This document shows, in pieces, positions 48,785 through 62,300 of a stretch of 64,000 bases of DNA (position 1 is the stretch's first letter; each line of letters starts with the position of its first letter). A program made the translations under genes and the position numbers. The notes below the pieces were generated by a model. The model searched no databases. It was not told the DNA's origin and saw only the letters and a program-made list of their open reading frames with translations. The DNA comes from Cetorhinus maximus (Eukaryota). Where the stretch lies: positions 117,986,001 to 118,050,000 of the forward strand of contig NC_135890.1 in assembly GCF_964194155.1 (NCBI RefSeq). Direction: 5' to 3'.

Positions 48785-51251
48785 ATTGCTTGCATTACAT
48801 TGTATCGCGATACATTTATATATAGTTGAAGGGCTTAGCCCATTAGCTTCTCATTCACTGCGAATTGCTGCTCTGTTCTCTGTCTGGGGAACGTAGGCTC
48901 AAACATTGTTGACTTAAGAATTTGGTGATTTGACGATACGTTTTTACATTTCATCATATTTGCATGATTAAAATTGCATTTTTGTTAATCAGGGAATGCA
49001 GTCTCCTCGGTTGTTGGGGATTCAGAGATGCTGCCTGCTGCTGTATCTTAAAGTCTGTCCCGTGTCTCTGCTCGGTTTCAAAGCATTGGTGATAATTTAT
49101 AGGAATGGTCAGATGGTTCGTATTGTGGGGGAAACGGCGAGAAACTTGAGTTTTCAGTGCGAGAAATACTGGGGGTAAAATGTGTTGGAGAGGTTAAAAC
49201 AAACGAGAGTGACCTGATAGAGTGATTAGGGTCTAATCATGTGAAATTTGAAAATAGAAATTAAAACCTGTTGATTATTTTTTGATCTGCATTGTATTAA
49301 ATATATCTTAAACGTTTATGCATTTATACTAACAGTGATTCTAAGGTATACTAAATATGAAACTATAGCCTAATTCTGACTTTAAACTATAAAAAGTAAT
49401 AAGCCTTAAACTCAACTCTTGGACTCCACTCAGCAGCAGATGTCAACCCAGCATAAATGTAATTGCATTTGTAAAATAAAGTTGCACCTAGAACTTATGA
49501 TTTGTTTAAACGATTCTGTGTTGAGCTTAATTTATGTGCATCTCCTTTCGAACAAAGCCAACAACATAAATTATTATTTTGAGCTCTGTAAAAGGACTCA
49601 TTTATGTTCCAGTTCCTCGTGCTGACGAGTGGCCTGAAACTGAAACGTTAATATCTAACTTGTCTTTTCAGATGTTGCTGCGTGTTCTGTTTTTTATTCC
49701 AGACATTGCCGGTTCTTTTTCTTTTCTCTTGCCGCTTTTGTTTGATTCATTGCCCTCCTTTTCCTCCAGCAGTGGCTGTCTTGGAAAAAGTTCTGTCACC
49801 TTTTTTAATGTAATATTGCCTCCTTTTCCTTTTCTGATCTGTTCGCTTTCATTGTTGTTTTTTTTCTTATTTATAATCTACATTTGCCAAAATCTGTTAT
49901 TACAACCATGTATTTTTTTCTTTCCAGCGACCTGCTCGCTTTTGTGTGCACTAGGTCCTTTCTCGTTTGTTCTTTCCTTGCTGCTATGTTATAACGTGGC
50001 TCCCTTACCTTCCAATTTGCAGACTGAACAAGGATCGATAACCCTAACTTTTTTGCTCTCCCTTTAGATGCTGATTGTGTTTTCTAGTTTTTAATTTCAG
50101 CTTTCCAGAATATTTTTTTTTTTAAAATCTCTTATTAAAAATAGATCTAATCTGGCATTTTTCGTCGTATTGTACTTGATCTGCGGTCTTGATCCTGCAG
50201 TGCCTCTATGAATGGAACTGTTCCAGTCATTAAATGTGGTTTGACAGAAAAGAAGATTTGTCTGCGCTGTAGCTATTGGAAGTGATTCTGCTGCACTACA
50301 TTTTTGAGTCGGCTGTAGAAACCTGTTTGGGAGACTATTTCTGTTCACATCAATATTTCATGACATTGAAAGAAAATGTGCAATGAAAGTTGACACTGAT
50401 TTTTGATGGTGCCTGCAATTCCTGGCATTTTAAGTGTCCCAAGCAGTGTGCTGTGTAAAAGATTTTATATTTGGCCACGGGAAGATGGTTTTTAAAGTGC
50501 AATATTAATCATCCATTCCAGCCCGCGCTATAACTGACGACCACGTTTGCCGCCTCCTCTTCGTATTCTTATCTATTTTTAAATTTGATTCTAAGGCTGT
50601 TCAATGCTCCACGCTCCCCAACTCCCCTCACCCACCACACAACCTCCGTGTCAAATGCTGGGATTATGGGACAGAACATGCAGGATTCTTCCATACTCCC
50701 GATTACTGCTTGCATATTGGGGGGCGGGAGAGGGCTGGTGGTGGGTGGGAAATGCTCTCGTAGTGGAAATTGGACACCGTTAGACACACTTTAAAAGTTT
50801 ACTGTACTATTGGCTTGATATTTGGTGAAGTTGTGTCGGGAGGTGCTCTGATTTTGGGTTGAAGTGAAGGGATTCATGCTGTTGCAGTCACAGCTGGAAA
50901 TCCCATTGGTGAATGATGCGGAAATCTTTGCATTCCTTGTGAAGAACGCCCGGTAAACTGTCCAGCATACAGCACAGTAAAATGTGCTGAGGAAGAAAAG
51001 ACAGAACCAATTACTGTACATTTAATTAACTAGAGGAGAAATCTATGGTCAAGAGACGGGGTTGGGGGTGTTGAATAGAGTAGCAATGGAACTGTGTTTG
51101 GAGATAGGTTGAATTGTTGTAAATGATTTGTCTAATTTCTTTAGTTTTCATAGTTAGGAATTGCCATGCTGTAGCTACAGTACAGTAAGTCAACAAAATA
51201 AGTTTAAATATCAAGGATTCCTGTCAGTATATTGATCTTAAAAGCATTTTA

Positions 51252-51860
51252 AGAACATAAGAAATAGGAGTTTCTATGTAGTAGGTTCTATGATCCCTTG
51301 AACCTGCCCAGCCATTCAATAAGATTATGGCTGATCTACCTCAATTCCACTTTCTTGCCTTATTCCGAGATTCCCTTTGTGCCGAAAAATTTATTGATCA
51401 GTCATATACTCAACGACTGAGTGTCCACATGCCTGGGATAGAGAATTCCAAAGATTCACAACCCAATGAGTGAAGAAATTATTCCTCATCTCAATCCTAA
51501 ATGGGCGACACCTTATACTGAGACTATAACTCCTAGTTCTTTACTTTCCAGCCAGGGAAACAGCCCCTCAGCAACTGTCAAGCCCTTTAAGAATTGAATA
51601 CACTTAATTTACCTCTCATTCTTCTAAACTCTGGGGAATATAGGGCCATGCTACTCAATCTCTCCTCAAAGGCAACCCTGTCATCCCCTCCAAGGCTTGT
51701 GCACCCTTAAATAAGGAGACCAGGACTGTACACAGTACTTGCAGCAAGGCTTCCTTATTGTCCTCCAACCACTTGTAATAAAGGCTATCATTCCATTTGC
51801 TTTCCTAATTGCTTGCTGTACCTCCATGTTAATTTTGTGATTCATGTACAAGGATGTCCA
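51252..51860 (-). mobile_element. CR1 3' fragment
   Basis: aagaacataagaaataggag tail; minus ORF VQQAIRKANGMIAFI...YCVQSWSPYLR. Confidence 0.82.
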
Positions 51861-52069
51861 GATCCCTTTATTGGGTAGCTGTGGTCTGTGGTTGACCAGC
51901 ACAATGTATAATTCTGTTGATAAAACATCTGATTTCTATTCCCTTGTGGTACACCACAATAGAGCACTGCATTCAAGGTTTTCATACTCCATAATGGGGC
52001 TCAATAGTCACTTCCAGTCCTTCTCTTCCCCTTCACCTGCCACTTAGCAGGTGTAACTGTTGGATACAG

Positions 52070-54760
52070 CCCCATCTCCAAACTCCCTTTCCTCCCCAAA
52101 GTCCTTGAATGTGTTGTCACCTCCTAAAATTGTGCCCATCTTTCTGGGACTCCATTTGAATTCCTGCCATCAGGTTTCTGCTGCTATCAGGTTTCTGCCC
52201 CTGTCACAATACTGAACTGGCTCTTACTAAATTCACAATTGACATCCTATGTGACTGAAAAAGGCAAACTATCCCTCTTGATCTGATTACAGCCTTTGAC
52301 ACAGTTGATCACACCATTCTCCTCCAACGCCACTCTACCATCGTCCAGCTGGGTGGACACCTGGTTCCATTCTTATCTAATTGTAGCCTGGCGATTACTG
52401 TCAGTGGCTTCTCTTCCCATTCCCACACAAGTGTTGTCCCCAATGATTTATCCTTGGCCCCCTTCTATTTCCCATGCTGTCCTTCAGTGCTACCATCTGT
52501 GAACATGCGATTTTCCATATGCACACTGACAACACACTGTTACCTGACGCTCCACTGCCTGTAAATTGTAAGACTGCTTGTCCAGTTCTGAATAAGGAAA
52601 AATTTACTCCAATTAAATATTGTGTTATGATCCCAGCTGATGTTACTACTGGACAAGTCAGATCCCAGGATGGAACCCGGCTTGATAGATCCTAACTTTT
52701 ATTTTTTGTTTAGATATGTGGAGAGTACTAAACAGAGTCACTGGAGTCAGCTGATGAACTTTTACAAAAGAATGAAATATTTAGTAAACAAAATATGAAC
52801 TATATTACAATACACCTTCACCCACAACTATACCTTTACAGATGCATACAGATTTGTAAGGATAACACAAGTTACAAAAGCCATCTAATACTCCAATGTT
52901 CACAGTAAGTACACAGTCCATGTAATCCATTAGGTGACCTGTGGTCAGGCACACCACACTCTGAAAGCGAGTGACAGATGCCACCCTAAACGGATGCAAT
53001 GGATCCCTCATCAATGCCTCCCCCCCCCCCCCCCCACCGATGCAGTGAGACAACTGATCTTGCTGAACTCTGCCTTTCACACGAGGGTTTCTAATCCCCA
53101 CTCTTGAAGAACTAGCTTTAGAATCTTCTCCCAAACAACACTTTTTCTCTGACACCTTCCACAAGGGTCCACCTCCAGGGATTCGAACTTTCCCCCCTAT
53201 GTTCCTGTCCCTTGGATTGCCATGTGCATTTAAGCTTTTTTCCACACACTATCTCTCACTGACTCAGTCGTGCTAACAGAACACCGCTACTTCACATGCC
53301 CATGCTAAAAAGTTACAGACCTCCAGCTATCTCTTTTGGATCTTCCGGCTTCTCGGATGCCTATATCGCTTTAAATCTGTGTCCTGCAGCTTTCTCCCTT
53401 TAAGCTTGAAGTTTGGAGCCTTCCCCTCTGCTCCTTACTTTCACTTCCACAGAACAGGACCTTTTCTAGATTCCTGTCCTTTTCCTTTGACATAACTGTC
53501 CTCTTGGTACCTTTCCTGTTCCACTGCCCTGGATTTGGGACCTTTTAGTTCTTTTGGGAAATCTGCTCTCTTTCCCCAGTACCCAACCTCTCTGGAATCC
53601 TGGCTTCAACTTTAGTTTGGAACTTGCTATCTGTCCCTCTGCTGTCCAGCCTGTCTGAAATCCCCCTGGCTTCAACTGAACTGAAACTGCTTTTTAGTTG
53701 GGTGGGAGCGGGGGGTGGCAAGGTGGGGTGGTTTGGCGGGGAGGGGGGGGTTCCCTCTCTGGGCCCCTGTTGCTCGGCAACAGCACTTTTTTTCTACTCT
53801 TGCGTTTGTTTTACTCCCTCTCAAGTGTTATAAAATCTTCATTAAAATGCAGGCATCTTTTAAAGTGAAACTAAAATTCAACTTCTTAACATACAAATGC
53901 CGAAATATAAATGAAACATAATCTTAAAGATATACCTTATTCTTAATGCACCCAAATACACATGACTAACTTAAACTATCCCTATTTCCTAACAATTGTG
54001 AAGACTGAAGCTATTGGCGGAGACCAAAGACACAAACTCCGCTCCCTTGTCATTGACTCCACATCTCTCTCTGGCTGAACGAGACTGTTCACAACCTTGG
54101 TGTCATATTTGATGAGCTTCCAACCACATACCCATGCCCTTACTAAGACCACATATTTCTATCTCTTCGATTGCCTGAGTCCACAACTGCCTCAGCTCTT
54201 TGGATGAAAACAACATCCATGTTGTTGTTACCTCCAAACTTACTATTCCAACACATTACTGGTGGCCTCTCACTTTCTACTTTCCGTAAACTTGAGGTCA
54301 TCCAAAACTCTGCAGTCCCAGTTCTAATTCACACCAAAGCCTGTTCACCCGTCACCTCTTTGCTCTCTGATCTAGAGGGCACCTGTAGATGCTGGCTCCT
54401 GGTTGAGCAACATCTAGGTTTTTAAAATTCGCATCCTTGTTGTTAAATCCTCCATGGCCTCACCCCTTCCCATCTCTATAATCACCTCCAAACCTTTGAG
54501 ATATCTGTGCTTCTCTAATTTCATCCTCTTGAGCATCCCTGGTTTTAATCTCTCCACTCTTGGTTGTCCACCTCTCTACCTTGCTTTTCTCCTTTACAAC
54601 ACTACTTAAAACTACCTATTTAACCAAACTATTGGTCATCTGCCCTAATATCTCCTTATATGGCTTAGTGTCACATTTTGTTTTATAATTCCTCTGTGAA
54701 TCGCCTTGGGACATTTTATTACATTAAAGGTGCTATATAAGTACAAGTTGTTGTGGTTGT
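52070..54760 (+). mobile_element. L2 LINE fragment split by a solo LTR
   Basis: DL.AFDTVDH-type RT sequence at ~52280. caattaaatattg|tgaagactgaagc rejoins across the LTR. L2 tail runs to ~54760. Confidence 0.75.
52623..53994. mobile_element. Solo LTR (1372 bp) with 4-bp TSD
   Basis: TGTTA...TAACA termini; attg at both 52619-52622 and 53995-53998. Confidence 0.85.
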
Positions 54761-55789
54761 TATTAACTCTGTACAGAATGGAGGATGAACCAAACTGAAG
54801 CGCACAAGCATTGGACAGATTTGGGATTTAAGTCTTGTAACCTTCTTGGCTACAAGTTAGTTGGATAGCAAAAGGCACTTTTAATGTACTGGAGCACCAG
54901 CAGAGCAGTGAAGTCTGTGCACCACATTCCCTGTTTTGAACCCCATTAAATTGGAAATTGTTGACATTTTTTGGTACCCACAAATATGTGCTTTGCTGAT
55001 ATTATGGGGTCTCTCTCCAAAGTGGCAATGGGAGAACCAGTGGCACTCCTTGGTTGTGAGTTATCATTTGTGCATTTCTTTCCCTCCAGTACTGCCAATG
55101 TTTAGCCTTGACAATTTTGTCACTATAATGCTTTCAATATGTTGATCTAAGAGCCACGATTCAATATTTGCTTAAAAAGAAACCTGTCTGAAGCATTACT
55201 GAGAGCTTTCTAAATATAGAACCATAGAACGATTACAGCACAGAAGGAGACCATGTAAGGTAAATCTACGCCCAGTTCTTTTACAAATTCTTTTACTCCA
55301 GTATTACAAAATGGACTAACTCCACATAAGCTGAGTAGCTCACAATATTGTGGCTGAAAGTTCCTCTTACTAAGAATCCAACTACGGACTGATCACCTGT
55401 AATGTAATATAGTCAGTCCTATTGACCGTAAGAGCTAGCACTGATTTGTTCTTGTCCTTCAAATTTTATACCTTCAGTGGGGTGTGCCGAATGTTCCTTT
55501 TGAGCGGGATGGTGTTAGTCAGTCAAATACACATCATCTATCTGCTTTTATTTATTTATTCTATCTGCTTACTTCCTCCTCTGGTTTCCAATCCTGCTGA
55601 CATGGCAGCACGAAATGTTCATTGCAGTTTCCCCCACCAACCCCCCTCGCCCCCACCCCCACACAACACAGTTCTCAATCCTTTTGTGTATTTTCTTATC
55701 AGAATAGGAGTTGCAAGTCTCGACCATATAATACAAGCCAGACATAACAACTTTGCTTGTCAGCAGTTTCATCCTACAGACAAACAGGA

Positions 55790-57780
55790 CCTAATTTTAT
55801 TGCGCTGCATCTTTACAACCATTCAGTCCATCAGGTCTATGCAGGTTGTCTTGAGCAACTTAGCCAAACCCACTCCCCTGCCCTTTTCCTGTAGTGCTAC
55901 AAAGTTTTTACCCTTTTGAAAGCCAAGATTCAATCTTCTTCCACCACATTTCCAGGCCATACATTCCAGATAGTAACCATTCTCTGTGTAAAAAATGCTT
56001 TTTCTCGTGTCATTTTTGGTTCTTTTGCCAGTCATCTTAAATTAGTGTTCTCTGGTTCTTGTACTTTCCACAATGGGAACAGTTTCTCTCTGTCTACAAT
56101 GTCTGGAGCCCTCATGATTTTGAACACCTCTATCAAATCTCCTTTCAACCTTCTCTTCTCGAAGGAGAAGAACAACCCCAGCTTCTCCAATCAGTCTGCA
56201 TAACTGAAGTTCCACATCCCTGAAACCATTCTCGTGAATCTTTTCTGCATCTTATTTTTCCTTTATTCTTTCATGGGATGTGGGCGTCGCTGGCAAGGCC
56301 AGTATTTATTGCCCTTAAACTGAGTGGCTTGCTAGGCCATTTCAGAGGGCAATTAAGAGTCAACCACATTGCTGTGGATCTGGAGTCACATGTAGGCCAG
56401 ACTAGGTAAGGATGGCAGATTTCCTTCCCTAGTGGGGCCTCAGTGAGCCAGATGGGTTTTTACAACAATCGTTTCATCGTCACCATTGCAGGGACTAGCT
56501 TTTTTTATTTATTAATTGAATTCAAATTCCACTAGCTGTGGTGGCATTTGAACCCATGTCCCCAGAGCAGTCACCTTGGCCTCTGGATTGCTAGTTGTGA
56601 CATTACCACTATGCCACTGCCTCCCCTCTCTGAAGCCCTTACATCCTTCTGGAAAATTACTTGCAGGTATTTCTATTCCTGTAACTTCTTTAGAACTGAT
56701 TATTTTTATATTGCCTCTCATGATTCCTATTATCAAAATGTATCACTTCACATTTCTCTGCATTAAATTTCATCTTCCACTTGTCTGCCTGTTCTATGTC
56801 CTCATGAAGTCTATCACTATCCTTACAGTTCACTTCCAAATTTTGTTTTATTTACAGATTTTGAAATTGTGCCCATCCCTGGGAACCCCACTATATACCA
56901 TCCTCCAGTTTAAAAAAAGCCCTTCACCCCTACTCCCTATTTCATGTCATTCAGCCGATTTCGCATCCATGCTCCATAGTCCCTTTTATTCCATGGGCTT
57001 CAATTTGCTGATGAGCTTGTTATGTGGCACTTTATCAAATGCCATTTAGAAGTCCATATACGCCACGTCAACTGCATTACTCTCATCAACCCTGTCTGTA
57101 CCTCGTCAAAATAAAGTTCAATCAGATTAGTTAAGCAAGATTTGTCTTTAACAAGCCCATGCTGGCTTTTCTTAATAAATCCATTCTTCTCAAGTGACTT
57201 AATTTTGTGTTGGATTCTCATTTCTAAAAGCTTTCCCACCACAGGTTAAACTGACTGCCCTGCAGTTGCTGCGCTTATCCTTGCATCCTTTTTTTGAACG
57301 AGGGTGTAACATTTGCAACTCTCCAGTCCCCTGACACTGCCCCTGTATCTAAGGAGAATTGAAAAATTATGGGCAGTGCTTCCACAATTTCCACTTAGAC
57401 TTCCCTTGGCATCTTCAAATGCATGTTTTTCCGGTCCTGGTGACTTATCTACTTTAAGTACAGCCAGCCTTAAGTACAGCCTTTCCAATACCACCTCTAT
57501 CAATTTTTAGCCCATCCAATATCTCTTTCACTATGACTTTGGCAGCATCTTCTTTGGTAAAGGCAGATGCAAAGTGTTCATTTGATACCTCAGCCATGCT
57601 CTCTGCCTTTTGGTCCCTAATCAGCCCCACCGCTGCTTATTATCCTTTTCATATGCCAATAGAACACTTTTGAATTCCCTTTCATGTTGGCTGCCAGTTT
57701 CTTCTCATACTCTCCCCTTTTCTCTTTTATTTCCTTTTTTTGCTTCTGTTCTGAAAGTTTGATAATCAGCCTGGTTCTCA
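55790..57780 (-). mobile_element. CR1 LINE fragment interrupted by an HE1 SINE
   Basis: Minus ORFs LKVDKSPGP and VGKLLE...SQHGLVKDKSCLTNLIE, plus a CR1 3' region. Confidence 0.82.
56262..56626 (-). mobile_element. HE1-type SINE
   Basis: Reverse complement of the 22053 and 41559 copies. Confidence 0.85.
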
Positions 57781-57899
57781 CAACTTTAAAAAAAAACCCT
57801 CCATAAATTTGGCTGCATCTTCCCAGTTAGAAGGCTGGGTTTGCCAACAGCACTGTATAATGAGTTGTAAAGAGGTGACTTCTTCTTTTGCTCCTTTAA

Positions 57900-58540
57900 C
57901 AACAGCAACTTGCTTTCATAAAACACCTTTAACATAATAAAATGTCCCGAAGCTCTTTACAGAGTGAAACAAAACAAATTGGACACTTGAGCTACATAAG
58001 GGGATCTTAGCATAAGTGACCAAATGCTTGGCCCAAGGGGTAAGTTTTTTTAGTATGCATCTGAAACAAGACAGAGGCAAAGAGATTTAGGGAGGGAATT
58101 CCAGAACTTGGGGCATGGGCAGCTGAAGACACGGTTGCCAGGAGCGAAGAAAATTGCGTGTGCAAGAGGCCAGAATTGGCGGAGCTTTGATATCCTGGTG
58201 GCTGCAGGGCCAGAGGGAGAGACATCAAGAGGCTTGTGGCCATGGAGCAATGAAAATTTAAAAATTGAAGCGCTGTTAAACCAGGAGCTTATGCAGGCCA
58301 GCAAGCACAGGATTGTTGGTGAATGGAACTTTGTGTGAATTATGAAATGAGTAGCAGAGTTTTGGATGAGCTCAAGTTTATGGAGGGTGATAGATGTGAT
58401 GCCAACCAGGAAAGCATTTGCATAGCAGGAATCTAGACATAACAAAGACATGGATCAATATTTAAGCAGCAGATGGCCTTGGGCAGACTAACAGAGGTTG
58501 GTGATGTTACAAAGATTGTAATAAATCATCTTGGTGATGA
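57900..58540 (-). mobile_element. L2 LINE 3' fragment
   Basis: LDSCYANAFLVGI....LHKLELIQNSA; PKFWNSLP. Confidence 0.8.
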
Positions 58541-60429
58541 TAGAGACAATATGCCCTTGCCTTACTTTAAATGTGTACATTCTCACGAGCTGGGTTTTGG
58601 GTACCCACCATGTGGTAAATCATTAGCACTAAAATATTTTCTACCATGCCATGGTATAGAGCTCCAATGTGCCTATATACTGTACTAAATAAATTAAACT
58701 ATTTCTATTTTTGGATTTCAGTTTGGTAGCTATGACGATTCACTTGTAATCTTTCTATCATCTTAAATAGTGTATGTGAATATTTCATGTAATGAGAAAT
58801 TTATTTTATTATATGCAGATCTAAAGCCTGTATGTAACACAGATTGTGTACTTGGCTCAAACAGCACTGGCTTTGATTATTCTGTTGTTATTTATTGCAC
58901 TCTTGGAGCAGACTTGTAGCTTGAACGTAGGTCTCAGCAGATGTTTGGATGAGACTAGTTTGCTCTGAAATCCATTTGACTTTTGAGTGTTTTGAGAGCA
59001 TGTTTGAGTTACATGAAATAACACTAGAAACACAATACGGTTATAACATTTATTGTTTGTGGGGCCTCATTCGTACTTGGATTGCCTCTTTGACACTTTG
59101 CCAGATGTATTACTGGTACATGTTCAAAAATAGTTTGAAACCCTTGCGTATATTGCAAAATCAGGATTTTCTAATGTTATTATAGTTTGGTGCTTTTTAA
59201 AAATTTGCTTACAAGTTTTCTCCTCTTGCTGGGGAATGGTTCCAATGCACTGATCGTTTGTTCCCCAAATGTCCATCTCTCAGATGTCCAGTTGCTGTAA
59301 ATGCATTGTATTGTCAAATAAAGCAAACAAGATGATGCTGCTCTCTGGGTTGGGGGGTGGGGTGGGTTCCACTGAAAGTGGTGGTTTCTACAAATGCCTC
59401 TAGAAGCTGCAGAACAGTCAAGGGTAACATATTTGGGAACCAGGCTTGATGATTAAAGCAGAAGTAGCCTTTTTGCAGTTTTCAGTGATTCAGCCTGCAT
59501 TGCTATATTGTTGTCAGACCATTATCCTTGAATTCTCCAGCCAAAGATAGTGTGGAGGCACCAGCACCAACACCACAAAGACTGCAGCAGTTCAAAGATG
59601 AGGCCCATCATTCAACACCTGAGGTCAGTGAGGGATGGACAGCATATCACAAGAACTAACATGATATAAAATGGCATTGTACACTTGGCACCCAGAGCTG
59701 TTCTGCAAAATACAAAATTCTTGAATTTTCAATAGTGCCTTCAGAATGAATTGCAAGTGTAAGGGTTTATCACAGCTTTGTTAACAAATAGCAATTCTTC
59801 TGACTTCAAGTTCTGTACATTGGTATCAATGTCCCAAAGATTAAAAGTTTACTGTCTGTTAACTGCCTCTTTGATCCTGTGCATTACTTTTTATCATTCA
59901 ATGAAACTGTGGTAGCAATTCTGGAATGGAACAAAATGGCAGCTGATTATGGGCAATATTATCTTTGTTCCACTAAATGCATTGCTGATATTTGTTCTTT
60001 ATTTTTAGTGTTTAACAGATGGGATAAAATCTGGAGGAATATTTTGCCAATAGCAGAAGCTCCATTGAGGCAGTGTTAACAATTTTACAAGTAAAAGTTT
60101 CTTGATGTGGATTTCCAGTTTTCAAACATCATCACTCATCATACCTCTACTTTTCTAGTCAGCTTGGAAGTTTGTGGTTTTCTTGTTATCTGTACTCGGT
60201 CAGATTGTTTTTGATTGAAAATGTGTTCATGGTCCGTGGTTTGTGCGCTGTCTACTGGCTCAATTTGGACACAGCTGTAATTGGTTCGCATCATTCCTTG
60301 GCTAAGAGGAAGTTGAGCAAGGTTCCTTTTCTGGTTTGCTATGTAATAACTATGTTGGAATATGTGCACATGCTTTTGTATTGACATTGAGTGAAGGCAT
60401 GGGCTTGGATGCTCAGGTTGCACAAACCT

Positions 60430-60835
60430 GGCTTGTATTCCCTTGAGTATAGAAGATTGAGGGGTGATTGGATCAATGTGTTTATAATGTTAAAAGGATT
60501 TAATGGGATAAATACAGAGATAACATTTCCTGGTGGGGGAATCAAAAAGAAAGGGAAATAATAAAATTAGAGCTAGACTATTCAGAAGAAAATCAGGAAA
60601 CACTTTCTGCCACTGCCACAAAGGGTGATAGAAATCTGGAGTTCTCTTTCCCAAAAGGCTGAAATTACTAGGACGGTTAGAACTTTAAAGACTAAGATGG
60701 TTAGACTTTTGTGCGATAAGGAGTTGGAACAAAGCTGGGTAAATGAAGTTAAGGTGCAAATTAGACATGATCTAATTGAATGGGGGAGTAAGGTCCATGG
60801 GCTCAATGGCTTACTGCTGTCCATAATATTCCCAT
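60430..60835 (+). mobile_element. CR1 3' fragment
   Basis: LYSLEYRRLRGD-type sequence and IEIWSSLSQKA. Confidence 0.75.
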
Positions 60836-61334
60836 GACCTGATTATGCTTAATTGTGATGGCTCTTGCAGTTAAATTGCATTCTGACTCTAGCTGTCGAG
60901 GTTCATATGTAGATAATGGGTACACGAGAGGTTCTGGAAGGTGACTGGTTATGTCCCAGCAAGGAATTTCATGTCTTCAGAAGGTAAATGGAAAAAGTTG
61001 GCAAAGCCAAAATAATCCTTGTACTAAGAGGTGATTCAGCATATGGTGCACCAGCCTTTTTTCCCCACATGCAGGGTAGTTAGTGCCACAGCTGTGCCTT
61101 CTAGTGAGAGATTTGAAATAGAGCCTGGATGTTTCCCATGTGCAGTGGAAAAATATAGCTCTGGACTATATTTCTGTGCTCAGTAGTGACACTTGATTGG
61201 CTTTGGCAGAGCACGGATGATTTTTTTTGTTACCATCTCAGCTGGGGAACTGTACCACGCATAAAACACCTTATGCCTTGAGCTTTGCTGAAACTTTCTC
61301 CACCCATTGAAAGTATTTAAAAAAAAATTAACAT

Positions 61335-61755
61335 CAGCTGTGGCTCAGTTGGTCGCACTCTTGCCTCTGAATCAGAAGGTTGTAGATTCAAGTCCCACTC
61401 TAGAGACTTGAACACAAAAATCCAGGCAGACACATCAGTAAGTGCAGTACTATCTATTGGAGGTGCCATCTTTTGACTGAAAATTTAAACAAAGGTCTCA
61501 TTGGTCCTCTTGGGTGGACCCAATGGTGCAGGGGAATTTTCCTCTGTCACGGCAATGTTTATCCCTCTTTCAACGTATCTAAAACAGATTATCTGGTCGT
61601 TATTTCATTGATGTTTGTGAGAGCTTGATGTGCCTCAATTGGCTGCTGTGTTTCCCACATTACAACAGTGACTATACTTACAACCAGTGAAGGATCTTTT
61701 TTTTAAGGGATTTTGACATCCTGAAATTGTGAAATGCAATATACAAATGTAAGTT
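61335..61755 (+). mobile_element. tRNA-derived Deu-type (SacSINE1-like) SINE
   Basis: A box tggctcagttgg, B box gattcaagtcc, central aaaacagattatctggtc...gctgtgtttcc..cattacaacagtgact domain, L2-like tail. Confidence 0.7.
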
Positions 61756-61889
61756 TATCTTTCTTTCCTTTTACTTTGAAAAGTGCTCTAAATGGAAATT
61801 CAATTTATCAGTCAGTGCAGTGCATTTTCTTCCACATTTGTGGCTGGACAAGGTCACCAACTCAGGTCCTGGAGCATGCTAATTTCATC

Positions 61890-62300
61890 AGCATGCACTC
61901 ATTGCTTAGCTAACGACATCTGCACTAGCTTGGCCACTTTCATCGGATGGATGAATGAACCTGGCACTTGGGTCACGACCTCCTGGGCGTCCATGCCTTT
62001 GCTGCAAGGAAGCCTGCACACGAGATATGAAGATGGCGGATATTGACATTGACAGCTGGGAGGCGGACACTGACGGCCATGACCTCTGGAGGCTGACTGT
62101 TTGGAAGGGCATTGGAAGAGACAAGCAGAAATGAAAAGCTCAGCTGGCCGAGTTAAAGGGCCCAGAGAAAACAGAGGTCAGTGAATTGTGCACCTTCTCA
62201 GTCCACTGTCTTCCTCTGCAGAAAATGTGGCAGAGACGCCATGCCAGAGTGGGGCTCTTGATCCACACCAGGCAATGCTTAACAGAGTTGACCACCGTTG
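61890..62300 (+). mobile_element. RTE-type LINE 3' fragment
   Basis: SRPPGRPCLCCKEACTRDMKMADIDIDSWEADTDGHDLWR, resembling the RTE C-terminal GRP..R.KD..KRD motif. Confidence 0.65.

Noticed and set aside
49579-50067. 162-aa hydrophobic ORF
   Set aside because: T-rich degraded Penelope pLTR/UTR-like sequence in ZDHHC8 intron 1; no ATG start or splice support.
61335-61410. tRNA-like sequence (also at 1433, 22053 and 41559)
   Set aside because: These are SINE heads followed by SINE bodies, not intact tRNA cloverleaves.
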